In this document: positions 12,113 to 23,009 of the stretch, piece after piece | Position numbering within the stretch: the stretch's first letter is position 1 | Layout: every line of letters starts with the position of its first letter | NCBI RefSeq assembly: GCF_004010195.1 | Contig: NC_057751.1 | Span: 973,968 to 1,037,967, forward strand | Source of the DNA: Chiloscyllium plagiosum | Lineage: Eukaryota | DNA: 64,000 nucleotides | Reading direction: 5' to 3' | Translations under genes and position numbers: made by a program | The notes under the pieces: generated by a model | The model's input: only the letters and a program-made list of their open reading frames with translations | Told to the model about the DNA's origin: nothing | Database searches by the model: none

Positions 12113-13380
12113 TTCTTATTGTTTGAATGCCCAAATAATAATTATTTACATCTGGAGAGGAATTCAACTCTAACCCAAAGTGTCTGTATTTCTTATGTTA
12201 TTGACCAGGCCAGAACCCCCTCAAAACATTTCAAGAAAGCAACCCACTCCCTAACTTTGCTCGTTGTTTTAAGCAGGTATGAAGTGGATATTCCAGGAGG
12301 GATGTAGCTGGCCCAACCACTCAGTTTTAAACAAAACAGAATTTATTTGCAAAATTACCAAATGAAACACAAATAAGTACAGAATACAAAATAACATAAC
12401 CTGTCCGAAAACCCAACAGATGATCCAAACTTAATGATGCTGTTCCAAATACTTGCAACAATCCCCATAAACAATCCTTGGCGCAAAAGGGAAAATCGAA
12501 CCCAGGGATTGACAGGAGAGAGGTCAGAGAGAGGGAGGATCAGCATGGACCTGCTTGTTTGGATCCAACTGACTGCCTGTGAAAACCAAACCAAATCAGA
12601 AAAAAGCTGAGCTGGGAGAACTGGCCACTCCCCTTTCATTGTCCATGTGTTTTTTTTAACCTGCAAGTATGTTGCCTGAGGCGGTATCTGTGAGCTATAA
12701 TCAAACTGGCCCTAAAACCCTTCCAACTTAGACCGCTCAAGAGTCTCTGCATTTACAAACCTTCTGAAAAAAAGCCAAGGACAACATGACATTGTTAAAG
12801 AAGCAGTATCATCACACGTATGTAACACCTCTGATGCCCTTAAACTGTTACAAAAGTGCAGGAGACCAGAAAGAACTTCCCCCCTCCTCTTCAGGTGTTG
12901 ATGGTGACCCAGAGACAGCGCAGGCTCAATTAGTTGCACTCTTCATAGAATTGCTACAGTGTGGAAACTCTACATCCCTGATCATCTTACATCCCTTCAG
13001 TCACCAAGAATCTATTAACTCCTGCCGTAAAAATGTTTAACGATCTTGCATCCCCTGCCTTTTAAGGGACGGAATTCCAAACACTCACAGCCCTCTGAGA
13101 GAAAACATGTTTGTTCGTCTCTCTCTTAACTGGTTGGCCCTCTGTTTTCAATCTGTGACCCCTGGTTCAGTCACAAGGTTCCAGATTTAAGTCCTAATCG
13201 AGTGCCTGGATGCTCCAGTGTAGGACTGAGGGAACACTGTGATGTAGGTGGTGACTTCCAAATGCAACCCTTATCTCATGCACAAAAATAGAAATTGCTG
13301 GAAAAGTTCAGCAGAGTCTGGCAGCATCTGTGAAGAGAATTCAGAGTTAATGTTTCAGGTCAAGTGATCTTTCCTCAGAA
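12110..13380 (+). repeat. Local duplication, copy 1 (paralog of 18129-18889)
   Basis: Colinear match across unique DNA, a CR1 fragment, a SINE head and a pLTR fragment, with shared junctions. Confidence 0.9.
12196..12816 (-). mobile_element. Solo LTR (~620 bp)
   Basis: TG...CA termini, flanks CTTA/CGTA, AATAAA on the minus strand; absent from the paralogous segment at ~18215, which shows the empty site. Confidence 0.8.
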
Positions 13381-13999
13381 CTGACTGGTCTGCTATTACG
13401 ATGACTTTACTGGGAAAGGCTATAAGGTGGCAGCCCTGATCAATGTGGAGGTCATATGACTATGGAAAGCCAAGAGGCACATTGATACAGATTTAATTTC
13501 TGTATCAAACAGATATGAGACAACCTCAAGAAGACTGGGCCTGTGCCAGAGCCTAGGGGAGGTGGATGCCTGGTCCTGAGCTCCTGTGGTCAGTAGGTTG
13601 AGAAGCTCAGATTCTTCTTCCCATCCTCAAACATGGTCAGTTCAAGTGGCTGCCATAAGCATTTTTCTTCCTTCCCCACTGGGAAAAATTCACTTCTGAC
13701 AGGGGAAAGTGTCAAACAATCAATCACCTCGCGGACTTGATGGTGAATCATCTGCTAAGCCCCGGGCCTAACTAGTTCTGTTTACTGACTGTTGGATGAA
13801 CTCTCGAGCAGCTGTTTTTAGTCTGATCTCAAACTTGGTTGTATTGTTTGATCAGTACTTTACACCAAGGTCAGCAGAGACCCAGGACTTTGACAAAACA
13901 ACACAATAAATGAACTCTTTATTGCTGGTGGCATTCCACTAAGATATGTGGAGGCTACCCATTCACATCACAGTAATAGTAACGTTCACCAAAATAAAA

Positions 14000-14800
14000 T
14001 AGTAACAACGCATGTTTATACAGCGACTTTAACCTGGTAAGATGTCCTAAGGGAATTCACAGGAGCCAAATCAACACCAAGCCATAACAAGATGTTATTA
14101 CCTGCATGGAGGTATGGTCACATACTGTGGCTCTTGAGGGTGGTATAATGGCTCAGTGGTTAACACTGTTGCCTTACAATGGCAGGGACTCGGGTTCAAT
14201 TCCAGCCTTGGTGACTGTCTGTGTGGAGTTTGCACATTCTCCCCGTGTCTGCGTGGGTTTCCTCCCACAGTCCAAAGATGTGCAGGTCAGGTGAATTGGC
14301 TATAGAAAATGCAGGGTTGCAGGGATAGGATTGAGCTTGGGTTGCAAGCTCTTCAGAGCGTCATTGTGGACTCTATGGGCCTGCTTCCTCACTGTAGGGA
14401 TTCTATTATGTAAGGAGTCTTCTAAAGGAAGTGAAAGACATTGAGGTTGAGGGAGGGAACTCTTGAGCTTTAGAACTGAAGTTGGTTTGGCGGGGGGGGG
14501 GGCGGCGGGGAAGGCCACGGTGGAATTTGAAAACATTTCTTTACTAGGAACCAGTGTAGGTCAGTGAGCACATCAGTGAGATAGAACTTACTACTGGTTA
14601 AGATATGATCTCAAGTTTATAGAGGGGAGCCTGTGGGAGTGCAGCAGAATAGACTGGACCAGAGGCAGTGAACGCTTGGATGAGAGATTCTGCAGCAGAT
14701 GAGCTGACACAGGGGTGTGGTTGGAGTCCTTACTCATGACATGAATATAAAGTCCAGAAGCTTATTGTGGGGTCAGCCGTGACACCAACACTGTGAACAG
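14000..14800 (-). mobile_element. Old L2-like LINE 3' fragment, interrupted by an HE1 SINE
   Basis: ACAACGCATGTTTATACAGCGACTTTAAC tail and GGAACCAGTGTAGGTCAGTGAGCAC..CAGCAGATGAGCTGA body; related tail at ~23945-24230. Confidence 0.55.
14138..14408 (+). mobile_element. HE1-type SINE
   Basis: TGGCTCAGTGGTTAAC, GGTTCAATTCC and GCAGGTCAGGTGAATTGGC motifs. Confidence 0.88.
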
Positions 14801-15509
14801 CAAGCTGTCATAACTAGAAATGGCCTGGACTCAATTACGGGAGATGAGTGCTAATGGATAATGAATAGAATCTTCTGGGTTTGGTCAGTGATGTTTCTTA
14901 TCAAGATAGTCTTGATGTTGAGAAGTGGACTTTTCCCCGAATTGTGCCACAGATCTCATCATTGTCCATGGCACTTTGACCCAATAGGATTCCATCCCAC
15001 AACTTTCATCTTTCAGGTATTTAATTCAGAACTTCCTCCTCATCTTGAACTAAATGTTATCCATTCATGGAGGCTCAGTTACATTGTGCCTGTTGGCTCT
15101 CGCCTTTTATACAGGACAACAGCTACAAGAGTTCGTTAGCTATGACGTGCTTTGGGGCATCTTGAAATCTGAGGCGTGCTGCTGAAATTCAGCTTTTCTC
15201 TTTTCTGTCAGCTAGGCATTGTCTGCTTTTAAAAATGATAAGATTACATTTAGGGGATTGAACATTAATCTGTTAACCTTGTCTTACAATCAGAGGCTGC
15301 AAAGCTATTAGAAAAATGTATAAAGCCGCTTCCACACCTCAAGATTCAAGCATTGGTGATGGGAACCAGGAGCCAGGACTGTTCTTGTGTCTGCAACCTG
15401 CCTGGATTGAGCTGTGGATTTTCCCAACTGGGACGGAGACAGGATTCCTGTCCATTTAAAGCTAATAGGTGCAGGAATGGAGACACAACTCTTGCATGGA
15501 AAGCTGTTC

Positions 15510-15770
15510 TTAGGGATTGATGACCATGAAACCATCATCAAGTGCAGTCAACAGCACTCTGGTCACCAATGCCCTTTAGGGAGGGAAATCTGCCGTTCTT
15601 ACCTGGTCTGGCCTACATACGATTCCAGACCTACAGCAATGTAGTTTGCCCTTAATTGCTCTCCAGCATGGCCTAACAAATCAGTCAGCCCAAGGGCATC
15701 TTAGGATGGTCAACAAATATCGGCCTTCCCAGCAATACCTATCTCCCATAAGAAAATAAATTTGAAAAGG
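15510..15770 (+). mobile_element. SINE second family, 3' part
   Basis: TGATGACCATGAAACCAT..CCTTTAGGGAGGGAAATCTGCC..ACCTGGTCTGGCCTACAT. Confidence 0.72.
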
Positions 15771-15849
15771 ATTAATGTACACACGGCCGCTGTCACTGAG
15801 GTCGCTGCTTGTCCTAAGACTTCCTGCTGCCACCATCTAAGAAGGTGTT

Positions 15850-16600
15850 CCTTCTTTTTCCCTGTGGGTGCCAAGCCTCCTGCTCCCTTATACCTTCTCA
15901 GATCCTGGCCTTAGATACATCTCACCTGAGCCTGGAGATATATCCACTTTCAAACCTGCTCAAATCACAAATACTTCGATGCCCATTTGTTAAAGTCTGT
16001 CACAGTACATCTCCCTGCTTTCAAGGCCTGCATCATCTTTCTCTTGTGACTACAGATACAAAGTAGCCATTTAACACTTCAGCTATGTCTTCCAGCTCCA
16101 CACACAGATTGCCACTTTGGTCCCTGATGAGGCATGCAGTTTCTTGAGTTTTCCTCATGCCCCTGATTTACTTATAAAATGCATTCAGATTTTCCTAAAT
16201 ATTATCTACCAGTGTTTCTTCATGTCCCCTTTCAACCTCCTAATTCTTTGGTGAAGTAGCCCTTGCACTTTGGATGTGCCTCAGTGGTATCCGCAGGTTT
16301 GAACGTTTGGGTCTGTACCATGAGCTTCCTTTTTTCTTGCACCAGGGTTCATTGGATTTTTTGCTCCCATCCTTCACCTTTGCAGGAACATGTTGGCCCT
16401 GCACTCTCACTGTTACCCTTTGGAATATCTCACACTGTTCTGCTGTGAGTTCAACTGGAACCAACTTTGGCCCAGATCCTGTCTCATTCAAATTGACCTC
16501 CTCCAACTTTAGAATCTTTGTTTCTGGTCCAGCTTTGTCCTCATCCCCATAATGACCGTAAGTCGTACTGAAATATAGTCACAATTAATTATGATCTCTT
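15850..16600 (-). mobile_element. Old CR1 fragment (EN-RT linker)
   Basis: Minus ORF QRVTVRVQGQHVPAKVKDGSKKSNEPW is similar to LRVLDRYVPVRQAGSDKVREPW at 59070-59495. Confidence 0.7.
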
Positions 16601-18128
16601 TCTTATGTCTTTTATTCCCCTTCCTCTGGCTTCCCGATGCCAGTGCTCTGCCCTTCTGCAGGCTGCTGTACCTCACCTTCGGGGCGGTGGTGTGGGGGGG
16701 GCATTGTTGGACCCAATTTCTGAGGGTATAGAAACCATTTCCAGCTGCACCCTTTCTGGAACTCGGCCAGAATCAAACCACCCGTCTCGCAACTTGAATT
16801 ACAAAGGGTTAAGTCCTTTAAGTTTAACAGAAGTATTTTTACCTCTCTGTGCTTCATGGCATGTCCTCACATGGATATTGCTATCTTGCACTGGAGAGCT
16901 GCAATGGAGCCAGCCTGTCTATGAGCTGATGGTTTAAGTTTGGGGTTGAAGCCCCCCTATCCTTGTGGAAGGCTGGTAAAAGGTGAGATTTGTTATGCCA
17001 ATACTTGCTCCTGATCCAGGAGAATGCAGGCAAACCGAGTGGTTCGAACACATTGGCTATAAATTCAGATCCGATCATGGGAATTAACTTCAACAAAGCT
17101 GGATGGGTCAAGCAGCAGCTGGATTATAATAAAAATCCAAGTGGTTTATTGGCACCCTTCAGCAACAGAAGCTAACACTCCACACCAGTCGAGGTCTCCA
17201 CATAATCCCTAACCTACCCAATGTTACCCTGATATCCATTCACTCCAATGTTGGCAGTACCTTAGGCTGCTAAGGCTCTACTCGTTGGATTTATCTCCTG
17301 AAACCCCCACACACCTCTCTGCTTCTCTTTTACCAAGAATCAATATGTCCTTCCATAGATCAAAGCTCACTTATGCTCCTGTGAAAAAACAAAGGACATT
17401 GTGACTTTGTTGCCAGTGCTATGTTAATGCAGGTTGTTGTTGTTGACCACAGAAAATCTCAGAGCAACGTGGGATGGGGAATAAACATTATCTTGCAGTG
17501 TTTCCCACATGTCAAAATCTCAGGAAGGCCTGTGGCAGTGATGAAGTCTCTTGAGGAGGACATTGTCTTCTCATTAACCCTGCATGTACACATTGCTCAA
17601 TGTCTGAATGGTTTTCCACACTGAACAGTGAAAGTCATCTGCCCTTCCATTTTGCGAGGCTACAATGGATTAGCACGTTTCTATAATTCTGTCCATTTAT
17701 CAATTCTGTGTTCAAGCAGACATAGGTTGCACACTCACTGAAAATCATTTCTAAACAGATTTCATTAAACACTGAGTCTGAGTCTCTTGTACCCAAAGGA
17801 CTCAAGGCGCTTTATAAGAGATATTATAGCTTTACATCGTAATCATTAAACTTGACAAATTATTTACTGAAAACCAATAAAAGCAGTTCATTTACTCCCT
17901 GCCTGAAAGGCCAAATGCACTCAGGAAAACATTTTTTTAATAAAAAGCTCTTTTGATATTTTGCTTTCTTTGGGGTCAGTTTGCCTTATTCAGTTTTTCT
18001 ATTTGTAAAGGCCTCCATTTCATCACTCATGACTTTACAAATAGTTCATGGCCTGTGATTGTTCATAGACTGGTCCCATTGCCTGATGGGCCCAAAGAGG
18101 AATCCTCATTAGGCCTGGACATTTTATT

Positions 18129-18889
18129 CAGTTCCACTTAGTGCTTCAATGCTCAAATAATTAATATTTACATGTGCAAAGGAGTCCTGACCCAAACCCT
18201 AAGAACATGTATTTCTTACAAAACAGCTTTGACGCCCTGAAACTGTCACAAAAGCGTAGCAGACCAGAAAGAACCCCCCCACTCCATTCCTCTTCAGATT
18301 TTGAGCATGGGTTTTGATGGTGACCCTGAGGCAGTGCAGGCTCAGTTAGTTGTGCTCTTGTCTCTCATACAAACAAGGAGCAAGAATGGGTCACTGGGTC
18401 CTCTGCGCTTGCTCCATTATTCAATAAGATTATGGCTGGTCTGATGTTAGTCTCAACTCTACATCCCTGCACATCCCCAATAATCTTTCATCTCCTCAGT
18501 AACCAAGAATCTATCAACTTCTGCCAGAAAAATATCTAACGATCTTGCATCCCCTGCCTTTTGAGGAAGGCAATTCTAAACGCTCACTGCCATCTGAGAG
18601 AAAACTCGTTTCTTCATCTCTCTCTCTCTCTTAACTGGTCGAGCCTTTATTTTTAATCTGTAACTCCTGGGTTCAGTCACAAGGTTCCAGATTTAAGTCC
18701 GAATCCAATGCCTGGAAACTCCAGTGCAGGACTGAGGGAACACTGTGATGTTGGAGGTGGTGACTTCCAAATGCAACCCTTACTTCATGCACAAAAACAG
18801 AAATTGCTGGAAAAGCTCAGCAGGGCCTGGCATCATCTGTGGAGAGAAATCAGAGTTAGTGTTTTGGGTTGAGTGACCCTTCCTCAGAA
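18129..18889 (+). repeat. Local duplication, copy 2 (probable donor)
   Basis: Matches 12110-13380 without the solo LTR; its Deu-SINE continues to ~19135. Confidence 0.9.
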
Positions 18890-19135
18890 TGGATATCATG
18901 GCATTATTTCAAATAAGAGGAGGCAAGTGCAGTGGAGAGTATCTGTCCCTCAATCAACATCACTAAAGCTGATTGATCTGATCATCCTCCCATTTCTGTT
19001 TGTGAGGGTCTGTTGCATGCAAATGGCTGCTATGTTTCCTACATGACAACAATGGCTTCACTTCAAAAGCCCATAAAGTGCTTTGGGATGCCCTGAGGTT
19101 GTCAAAGACATAGCAGACTGCAAATTATTTCTGTC
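18670..19135 (+). mobile_element. Deu-domain SINE interrupted by a Penelope pLTR fragment (18790-18889)
   Basis: Head ..CCAGTGCAGGACTGAGGGAACACTG.., Deu core CTGTTTGTGAGGGTCTGTTGCATGCAAATGGCTGCTATGTTTCCTACATGACAAC, tail GTGCTTTGGGATG. Confidence 0.75.
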
Positions 19136-19738
19136 CAAATACAGCAAGAGATCTTTTTTAAAGGCAAGCACTGTGGGTCTATCTCCAGGCTGAATGGGCT
19201 GCTTATGGTCTTTGTGATAAACATCTCTGATATATCATCATGTGGGAGGTATGATTTGAGTAGCATGTCTTTCCAAATTACAAGAGATTATTTGTTCCTC
19301 TAACATCCTGCCATTGAAATTATTGGTGTTGTACAGTAATTTGTGACTGACTATGCTGCAATTTAAACATCTGCAGCAAAAGAGCTATCATATCTTACTC
19401 ATGTTGGTGAGCTCCAGCAATGATGTCTGTGCTAAGAACAAAGCTGCTGAACTCAGAAGAGATACATGCATACATTTCAGCAATAATCAACTGGTTTCTC
19501 ATCACTCAGTGCTGTGATTGGTATCAGCCAAACTGGCATCTAAAATATGCCGGGGCACACAGAAGAACCAAAACTGGTTTTTGAAACATTAACTGAGTTT
19601 TTAACGAAGAGGAGAAACCATTTAATTAATATATAAGGTGAAAAGAGAAAGATAAAGATTAGGGGTTAGAGCCACTGAGCATGTTGTGGTTCATGAATAA
19701 GGTCAAGTTCAGGTAGGATGACAGTTTCCCTTTTTTGT

Positions 19739-19955
19739 CATGATTCAGAGATGCCGGTGTTGGACTGGGGTGTACAAAGTGAAAAATCACACAACGCCAG
19801 GTTATAGTCCAACAGGTTTAATTGGAAGCACACTAGCTTTCGGAGCGCCGCTCCTTCAGAGCGACAACCACCTGATGAAGGAGCAGCGCTCCGAAAGCTA
19901 GTGCTTCCAATTAAACCTGTTGGACTATAACCTGGTGTTGTGTGATTTTTAACTT
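19739..19955. mobile_element. Fold-back Penelope-type element (second family) with exact 14-bp TSD
   Basis: Inverted arms ~19776-19858 and ~19876-19956; TTTCCCTTTTTTGT at 19725-19738 and 19956-19969. Confidence 0.88.
19869..19903 (+). ncRNA. Minimal type I hammerhead ribozyme motif
   Basis: CAC-CTGATGA-a-GGAGC-agc-GCTCC-GAAA-gc-TA-GTG: core, 5-bp stem II, CAC/GTG stem I, palindromic AGCT stem III. Confidence 0.82.
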
Positions 19956-20401
19956 TTTCCCTTTTTTGTGCTCATCATCTCCACAATCTCCATTTTCACC
20001 GCACTTTTCACAGACACAAATCGTCTCAAAACACCTCTCACCAATTAAAAACTTGCAGCTTCAGGAAATCAAAGGGCTTTCAAAGTGATGAAAGGAACAA
20101 TTGCCTCAAAACAGGGCAATAGGATTGCAAGTATCATTTTAGCATCCAGGGAATGAGTTGACTAAAAGGAAACCAAGGATGTCGATGTTATTTTCACAGT
20201 TAGCTAGAAATGTTCCAACATTAAGAAAACCGATTCAGGAGAAATGTTCTTCAGCTGGCTCCAAACATTCATTCTGACAGCTGTCTACATTTCACAGTCA
20301 TACATCCAGGTGTGGAGAAGACAGTTTTCAGAAACAAGCTTCTTGGTCCTAGCAGTCAGGAATGTTGTGTGAGTCTGCCACACATTGTAGCTGCTATCTG
20401 T

Positions 20402-20621
20402 ATAGAGAAAGTGAGGGCTGCAGATGCTGGAGATCAGAACTGAAAATGTGTTGCTGGAAAAGCGCAGCAGGTCAGGCAGCATCCAAGGAACAGGAGAATC
20501 GATGTTTCGGGCATAAGCCCTTCTTCAGGAAATCCTGAAGAAGGGCTTATGCCCGAAACGTCGATTCTCCTGTTCCTTGGATGCTGCCTGACCTGCTGCG
20601 CTTTTCCAGCAACACATTTTC
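20402..20621. mobile_element. Fold-back Penelope-derived element with exact 13-bp TSD
   Basis: Near-perfect ~90-bp arms centred at 20531-20532; AGCTGCTATCTGT at 20389-20401 and 20622-20634. Confidence 0.92.
20531..20566 (+). ncRNA. Minimal type I hammerhead ribozyme motif
   Basis: AATC-CTGAAGA-a-GGGC-ttat-GCCC-GAAA-cg-TC-GATT: perfect 4-bp stems I and II, palindromic ACGT stem III. Confidence 0.82.
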
Positions 20622-20807
20622 AGCTGCTATCTGTGTGTGTGTTATCAGTGCTGCATCATGACAAAGATTGTTTTTCACTGTGGACCTAAGTTCACAGAAC
20701 TTGTAAACCATTTGAAGGGCGATATTTTTTGATGTGACCTCCTGTTCCAAAACCATGAGGCAGAACATGATACAGTCCTGGGATAGACCATCCATGAGCC
20801 ACTATAA

Positions 20808-21005
20808 CAAATACAGAAATTGCTGGTGAAATTCAGTGGGTCTGGCAGCGTCTGTGGGGAGAGAGCATAATTAACTTGGCGAGTCTGGTGACTCTTTATC
20901 AGAACTGAGAGTCAAGTGGACTCAAAACGTTAATTTTGCTTTCTCCTCACAAGTGCTGCCAGTCCTGCTGAGTTTTGCCAGCAATTTCTGTTTTTGTTTC
21001 AGATC
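20808..21005. mobile_element. Older fold-back Penelope pLTR pair
   Basis: ACAGAAATTGCTGG..TCAGAACT followed by its diverged reverse complement ..CCAGCAATTTCTGT. Confidence 0.75.
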
Positions 21006-21044
21006 TTTGTTTTATTAACACAGTCTCAGTGGCTGGGTTTCTGT

Positions 21045-21200
21045 TAGGAGAAAGTGAGGTCTGCAGATGCTGGAGATCAGAGATGGAAATGTGTTGCTGG
21101 AAAAGCGCAGCAGGTCAGGCAGCATCTAGGGAACAGGAGAATCGACGTTTCGGGCATTAGCCCTTCTTCAGGAATGAGGAAAGTTGGTCCAGCAGGCTAA
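21045..21200 (-). mobile_element. Penelope pLTR with intact hammerhead core at 21139-21175
   Basis: Minus strand attc-CTGAAGA-a-GGGC-taat-GCCC-GAAA-cg-TC-gattc. Confidence 0.85.
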
Positions 21201-21419
21201 GACATATGAAGTGGTTATCAGTTGAGGTTGCAAATTGCTGTTTTCAGTGCTGGTGCCTGATGTAAAGATGCTGACTGTAGCCACTGATTGTCATCATAAC
21301 ACATGCCAGTATTTTCCCTATGCAGAAGTTAACATGCAGGACCTCCACCTCACAATTACAAGCGGAGCTTCACATGGCTCCAGCTACTTCGCCATGCAGA
21401 AAGTCATCATTCATCCTGC

Positions 21420-22160
21420 ACCCTTCAAATGTGCATGACCCCACAAAGTCACCTGTGTTTGGTGACTGCCAAGAGCTTGGTCTTCAGGATAACTGCTGCA
21501 TTTGTTATTGTGTCCCTCCCTGAGATGACTGGAATGTGGCACAAATATAATGAAAGGGAAAGTTGTTGAGCTTCTCTTCTTGGTTGGTGTCCATGTTTCA
21601 CATCGTACAGTGTAGACAGGTCTCAGAAACACCAGTCTGCTGTTTCATAAGCATTTCCTAAGTTGGCCGAAGGTAAAGAGCTGCTTTTGGTGTGTGTTCA
21701 CCTGGTTCTGCATCATAAGCAAGTGTCACTGTAGACCCAAAGCCATAGAATACTACTGAAGTGTTATCTAGTGTGATCGTGGACAGAGATGTGGCACCCT
21801 ATCCCATAACCATGGTTTTCTTGATGTTTATAGTCAGGAAGAATATATTGCAGCCATGGGAGAGACAATCCATGAGTCTCAGTGGCTGGGTTTCTGTTAG
21901 GGTGACCGATGCAGCAGCAGCAACTCGGAGGAGCTCTCTGATCCAGACGTGCTGTCATTTTGTCTTCATTTTCAGTCTGGACAGATTGTAGAGCTTGCTG
22001 TTTGACCCCCCCCCCCCCCCCCCCCCCCCCCCATTACCTGCAGGAAAGGTAAAAGAGCCCAGAGAAGAAAGTACCAAACACAATGGGGCCAGGATACAGC
22101 TCTGTCTCACATCGTTCTTCACCCTAAAGTTACCAGAACCAAAGCTGTCAGTCACCAGAT
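21420..22160 (-). mobile_element. RTE-clade LINE RT fragment (3' part)
   Basis: VKNDVRQSCILAPL (~GVKQGCVLAPTLF), SKLYNLSRLKMKTK (~GKLFNLARLRAKTK), CETWT. Confidence 0.75.
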
Positions 22161-22299
22161 GGTGAAATACTTATTGATACAAGCCCGCTGGGTTGAACAT
22201 TTTCTCCTGTGAGAGGAACATCTCCAAGTTTGAGTTTGATGTTCTGCAGCTTTCTGTCATGATTGAGTCAGACTAAAACCCCAATTACTTCACCTTGAA

Positions 22300-22545
22300 T
22301 GGGCCACAGTTACTTAGCATCCACTGTGGGTGGAATTCCAGCTGTTAAATCTAACACGCAAAGTCCCATATGCCAGCCAGGGAGAACTACGGGGAGCAGA
22401 ATATACTTCTTCAACTTACTTCCATGAAGTTCAGGCAAACATTTAACACTGTCAGCACAGCAGGACTTTCCAAATCTCGAGGGAAGACAAGCTGTTGATC
22501 AAAGCTCCTCATTTTCATCCACTCCTTTCATGACAACACGCACTA
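22300..22545 (+). mobile_element. RTE-clade LINE RT fragment (upstream part, inverted)
   Basis: Plus-strand translation ENYGEQNILLQLTSMKFRQTFNTVSTAGL..KTSC*SKLLIFIHSFHDN resembles EKCREQN.PL..AFIDLTKAFD.VSR.GL..IGCP.KLL.II.SFH. Confidence 0.6.
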
Positions 22546-23009
22546 TCCTGTCCTATCCTGTTAAACTGTGACAACTGCCAGGATATTCCACACAGTCTTT
22601 CCAGATCAGACACTTGCAGCTTCTTCAGAAGTGTGGAAAGGTTGAAAGGAAGGATTCCTATCACCTTTATTACGATGTCAGAATGTCACAAAATAAATCA
22701 GCACTTTTCAAATGTACTCATTGCTGCGATGAAGCAAACATGCTTCCCAGTTGAACATAGAGACACAAACGGTAATGTGATAATAAACAGGTCATCCATT
22801 CTATTGATGTGATAGACCTCAGGACAACAGGAAACAGGAAAGTTTGTGCTGGCAATCTATCATTCACCTGTGAGGACAGAGAAAACTTGTTTCAAAAATT
22901 CATCAGATAGATAGTTCCATTGGTAATGAAGTTTCACCACTCCCCCTCACACTGTGCAACTGCCTCTCAGTAGTGACCCCCAATAGCATATGGGAATCCC
23001 TGTGTACTC

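Noticed and set aside
20402..20621. DNA-transposon MITE or pre-miRNA
   Set aside because: Unequal arms, a long TSD and identity to the Penelope pLTR at 23085 favour a retroelement origin.
22006..22032. C27 homopolymer giving a poly-Gly ORF
   Set aside because: Simple mononucleotide run inside an RTE relic; length may be a sequencing artefact.
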